In this document: piece by piece, positions 31,809 through 34,194 of the stretch
Numbering within the stretch: position 1 is the stretch's first letter
How the letters are laid out: each line of letters starts with the position of its first letter
Virus record (IMG/VR): IMGVR_UViG_2541047826_000010
Origin: a virus
Taxonomy: Duplodnaviria > Heunggongvirae > Uroviricota > Caudoviricetes
Length of the DNA stretch: 34,194 nt
Reading direction: 5' to 3' (one strand)
Translations under genes and position numbers: made by a program
The notes under the pieces: model-generated
What the model was told of the DNA's origin: nothing
The model's database searches: none
What the model saw: only the letters and a program-made list of their open reading frames with translations

Positions 31809-31827
31809 CTTAAACGCCTTTAATATC
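31809..31827 (+). promoter_or_regulatory. late-promoter motif copy 4 (CTTAA-N5-TTTAATATC), upstream of the baseplate genes
   Basis: -10-like TAATAT lies at 31821-31826. It ends 31 nt before the ATG at 31859. Confidence 0.45.
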
Positions 31828-31840
31828 AGCGTTCCCGCAC

Positions 31841-31858
31841 GGGGGCAATACTGCCCCC
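31841..31858 (+). promoter_or_regulatory. GC-rich stem-loop GGGGGCA-ATAC-TGCCCCC directly abutting the gpW start codon
   Basis: Perfect 7-bp stem and 4-nt loop. The ATG at 31859 follows the last paired base. The only purine-rich SD candidate (GGGGG) lies inside the stem. Confidence 0.6.
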
Positions 31859-32206
31859 ATGAAAACGACCTCAGTATTCTGGCAACCAGCCCTGCAGGCT
31901 CCCGGCGAAATTGTCCGGGGGCTGGATGATATCCGGCAGGCGATTCAAATTATCCTGCGGACTCCCCGCGGCAGCGACCCGCATCGCCCGGAGTTCGGCA
32001 GCAATCTGCATCTTTATATCGACTGGCCTGTAGACCGGGCCATTCCGCATGTGGTGCGCGAATCCGTCGATGCCATCCGGCGCTGGGAGCCCCGCTGCCA
32101 GCTTATGTCAGTTAAACCCGCCGTCGACGGCGAACATCTTACGCTCCGGGTGAGCTGGAAAGGCTCAGACGGACAGACCCGGACTCAGGAGCTGCTATGG
32201 CGCTGA
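31859..32206 (+). CDS. baseplate wedge protein (P2 gpW / T4 gp25-like)
   Basis: 115 aa. IRQAIQIILRTPRGSDPHRPEFGSNL matches the GPW/gp25 signature. Confidence 0.85.
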   Translation: MKTTSVFWQPALQAPGEIVRGLDDIRQAIQIILRTPRGSDPHRPEFGSNLHLYIDWPVDRAIPHVVRESVDAIRRWEPRCQLMSVKPAVDGEHLTLRVSWKGSDGQTRTQELLWR

Positions 32207-33300
32207 CAGAACCCGATTTTATTGAACGCGATGCCGACAAAATCACGGCAGAAATGATTGCGAAGTATGAAGCGGATACCGGCAAAACGCTGTACCCGGC
32301 ACAGGCAGAACGTCTGCTGATTGATCTGTGGGCCTATCGCGAAATGCTGGTCAGGGTTGCGGTACAGGAGGCAGCAAAGCAGAATCTGGTCGCCTTTGCC
32401 CGTGAGCCGATGATTGATTACCTCGGTGAACTGGTTGGTGTATACCGTCTTGCCGCGCAGCCTGCCACCACCACGCTCCAGTTCTCCGTAGATGAGGCAC
32501 TGGCCATTGATGTGCTGATCCCGGCAGGCACCCGCGTCAGCGCTTCCGACAGCGTTATTTTTGCCACCGATACAAATGTGGTACTGAAGGCCGGATTGCT
32601 GCTGGTCAATGTCACGTCCACCTGTACCGAACCCGGTACCGCTGGTAACGGCTGGCAACCTGCGCAGGTCAGTCAGTTACTCGATGAGATTGATAACGTC
32701 GACCTGCTGGTGAGCAATCTGACGGCCAGTTCCGGCGGTTCAGAACAGGAAGACGATGACAGGCTCCGGGAGCGTATCAGGCTGGCCCCGGAGTCATTCA
32801 CCAATGCCGGAAGCCGTGGCGCATACCGCTTTCATGCCATGCAGGCCCATCCCAACATTGTCGATGTTGCTGTGCTTTCCCCGGTTCCCGGGACCGTAGA
32901 TCTGTATCCGCTGCTCAGTACCGGTCTGCCGGACGGCGGTGTTCTCACGCTGGTAGAGAGTTTCTGCTCTGATGAGAAAGTCAGGCCACTCACTGATACA
33001 GTGCGGGCTAAAACACCAGTGAAGGTGGATTACACCATTGAAGCCAGGATTACGATCTATCGTGATCAGGATGCCAGGTCTGTAAAAGATGCCGCTAACA
33101 GCGCCATACAGAACTGGGTGGCATCACGTGCCGCCACGCTGGGGCGTGATATTGTCCCCAGCCAGATTATCAGTGCATTGTCCGTTTCCGGGGTGTACCA
33201 GGTTGAACTGGTGACACCGGCACTGAGGGTGGTGGCAGAAAACGAATGGGCAAACTGTACGGCAATCACTCTTAACATGACTGGAGTGTCTGATGACTGA
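32197..33300 (+). CDS. baseplate protein J (P2 gpJ-like)
   Basis: 367 aa. Follows gpW with a 10-nt overlap. The pattern ...GSEQEDDDRLRERIRLAPESF is typical of the Baseplate_J family. Confidence 0.85.
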   Translation: MALTEPDFIERDADKITAEMIAKYEADTGKTLYPAQAERLLIDLWAYREMLVRVAVQEAAKQNLVAFAREPMIDYLGELVGVYRLAAQPATTTLQFSVDEALAIDVLIPAGTRVSASDSVIFATDTNVVLKAGLLLVNVTSTCTEPGTAGNGWQPAQVSQLLDEIDNVDLLVSNLTASSGGSEQEDDDRLRERIRLAPESFTNAGSRGAYRFHAMQAHPNIVDVAVLSPVPGTVDLYPLLSTGLPDGGVLTLVESFCSDEKVRPLTDTVRAKTPVKVDYTIEARITIYRDQDARSVKDAANSAIQNWVASRAATLGRDIVPSQIISALSVSGVYQVELVTPALRVVAENEWANCTAITLNMTGVSDD

Positions 33301-33871
33301 GCCATTACAACTCCCGCCACCGCTTGAGGGTGATATCAGTCTCAGGACGCTGGGAAGACTGGCAGGACGGCTGGATAACATCGACCTGAGCGTACTGATG
33401 GTCTTTCTCGTCGATATCGTCGACAGTTCTGCGCTGCCATGGCTGGGCGAGCAGTTCTCACTGTCTGGCGATGGCTGGGAGCTGGCGGAATCGGACGATG
33501 TTCGCCGCATGCTTATAAAAGCAGCCATCGAACTGCACCGGTATAAAGGGACGCCGTGGTCAATCCGGGAAGTTATCCGCCGTTTTGGCTTTGGTGAAGT
33601 GGATCTGATTGAAGGCACAGGTCGTCTCAGTTACGACGGCAATCGCAGCTATAACGGACTGTTTGTTCATGGAGATGCAGCCGCCTGGGCAGTTTATCGC
33701 GTTATTCTGAAACAGCCCATTACTAACGATCAGGCCGCGATGCTGCGTCAGACGCTGGCTGCATTTGCACCGGCCCGCTGCCATCTGGCCAGCCTGGAGT
33801 ATCAGTCTGTGGCCATTCGCTATAACAATACCGCCATCCATGATGGCAGTTATAACCACGGGAGCAGTTGA
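33293..33871 (+). CDS. tail protein I (P2 gpI-like)
   Basis: 192 aa. ALPWLGEQFSL...ELHRYKGTPWSIREVIRRFGFG is typical of gpI. Confidence 0.8.
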   Translation: MTEPLQLPPPLEGDISLRTLGRLAGRLDNIDLSVLMVFLVDIVDSSALPWLGEQFSLSGDGWELAESDDVRRMLIKAAIELHRYKGTPWSIREVIRRFGFGEVDLIEGTGRLSYDGNRSYNGLFVHGDAAAWAVYRVILKQPITNDQAAMLRQTLAAFAPARCHLASLEYQSVAIRYNNTAIHDGSYNHGSS

Positions 33872-33873
33872 TT

Positions 33874-34194
33874 ATGGGAAACCTGAATGAAACAGAAAAG
33901 TGGGAAGAAAATATCTATCAACTGGAGACATCAGATCCGGTTCTGGGTGGTGCAGACGGGATATCAAATCGAGCCCCCCGGCAACTGGCAAACAGGACGA
34001 AATGGCTGAAGAAGAAAACGGAGGAAGCCGCACAGTCACTGGCTGAACACGTACGTTCCCGTAACCACCCGGACGCGACACTGACAGCTAAGGGGTTCAC
34101 CCAACTGAGCAGTGCCACCAACAGCACCTCTGAAACGCTGGCCGCCACACCAAAAGCGGTCAAGGCTGCATACGACCTGGCAGCCGGCAAGGCG
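33874..34194 (+). CDS. tail fibre protein, N-terminal 107 codons (P2 gpH-like; truncated by the window end)
   Basis: My own translation from the ATG at 33874 is MGNLNETEKWEENIYQLETSDPVLGGADGISNRAPRQLANRTKWLKKK...KGFTQLSSATNSTSETLAATPKAVKAAYD. This is the conserved fibre N-terminus plus the SETxAATPxAVK repeat. It is open to the last base and is not in the ORF track because no stop is reached. Confidence 0.85.
   Translation, partial: MGNLNETEKWEENIYQLETSDPVLGGADGISNRAPRQLANRTKWLKKKTEEAAQSLAEHVRSRNHPDATLTAKGFTQLSSATNSTSETLAATPKAVKAAYDLAAGKA

Larger units (their letters stand above)
1065..34194. mobile_element. transposable Mu-superfamily prophage, partial (minimum extent; left end lies within 802-1064, right end beyond the window)
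   Basis: Contiguous Mor, GemA, Gam, MuB-like ATPase, DDE transposase, Ner-like protein and repressor, followed by Mu-type head genes (gp27/28/29/F/G/I-like) and P2-type tail genes. Genes are tightly coupled by ATGA/TGATG overlaps. Confidence 0.9.

Overview
The window holds a chromosomal edge followed by most of a transposable, Mu-superfamily prophage. The edge is a complete otsB gene (1..801, minus strand, GTG start), recognised as E. coli-type trehalose-6-phosphate phosphatase. The prophage starts somewhere in 802-1064 and runs past the window end at 34194. Its right end is absent and the tail-fibre gene is cut.

The prophage is built as two divergent arms around an internal immunity switch at about 9.1-9.45 kb.

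- Early arm, minus strand, 9331 down to 1065. In order: Ner/Cro-like HTH, a small IclR-type wHTH, a DUF3102-like protein, a DDE transposase, a MuB-like AAA+ ATPase, Gam, a run of small accessory genes (Zn-ribbon, MazG-like, membrane peptides, DUF2786), GemA and Mor.
- Plus-strand side, starting with an XRE repressor. The repressor is translationally coupled to a low-GC two-gene membrane-protein cassette (9840-11498) that ends at an intrinsic terminator. A lone small P-loop gene follows on the opposite strand.
- Late arm, plus strand, 12143 to the window end. It encodes holin, SLT endolysin, Rz with embedded Rz1, small and large terminase, portal, MuF, G, protease/scaffold, capsid, head-tail connectors, and a P2-type contractile tail: sheath, tube, E/E+E' chaperone, tape measure, U, X, D, V, W, J, I and the N-terminus of H.

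The points I think most deserve follow-up:
1. The repressor-linked membrane cassette is placed like lambda cI-rexAB, and a G-D/N-V peptide motif is shared between the repressor tail and the first cassette protein.
2. A 19-nt motif recurs four times, each time in front of a late transcription unit.
3. The non-coding G-I spacer sits at the predicted prophage centre.
4. The tail-chaperone frameshift has +1/-2 geometry.
5. The tape-measure gene carries a 261-bp tandem duplication.

I saw no tRNA, rRNA or CRISPR array. Every homology statement comes from reading the translations by eye. No database search was run.
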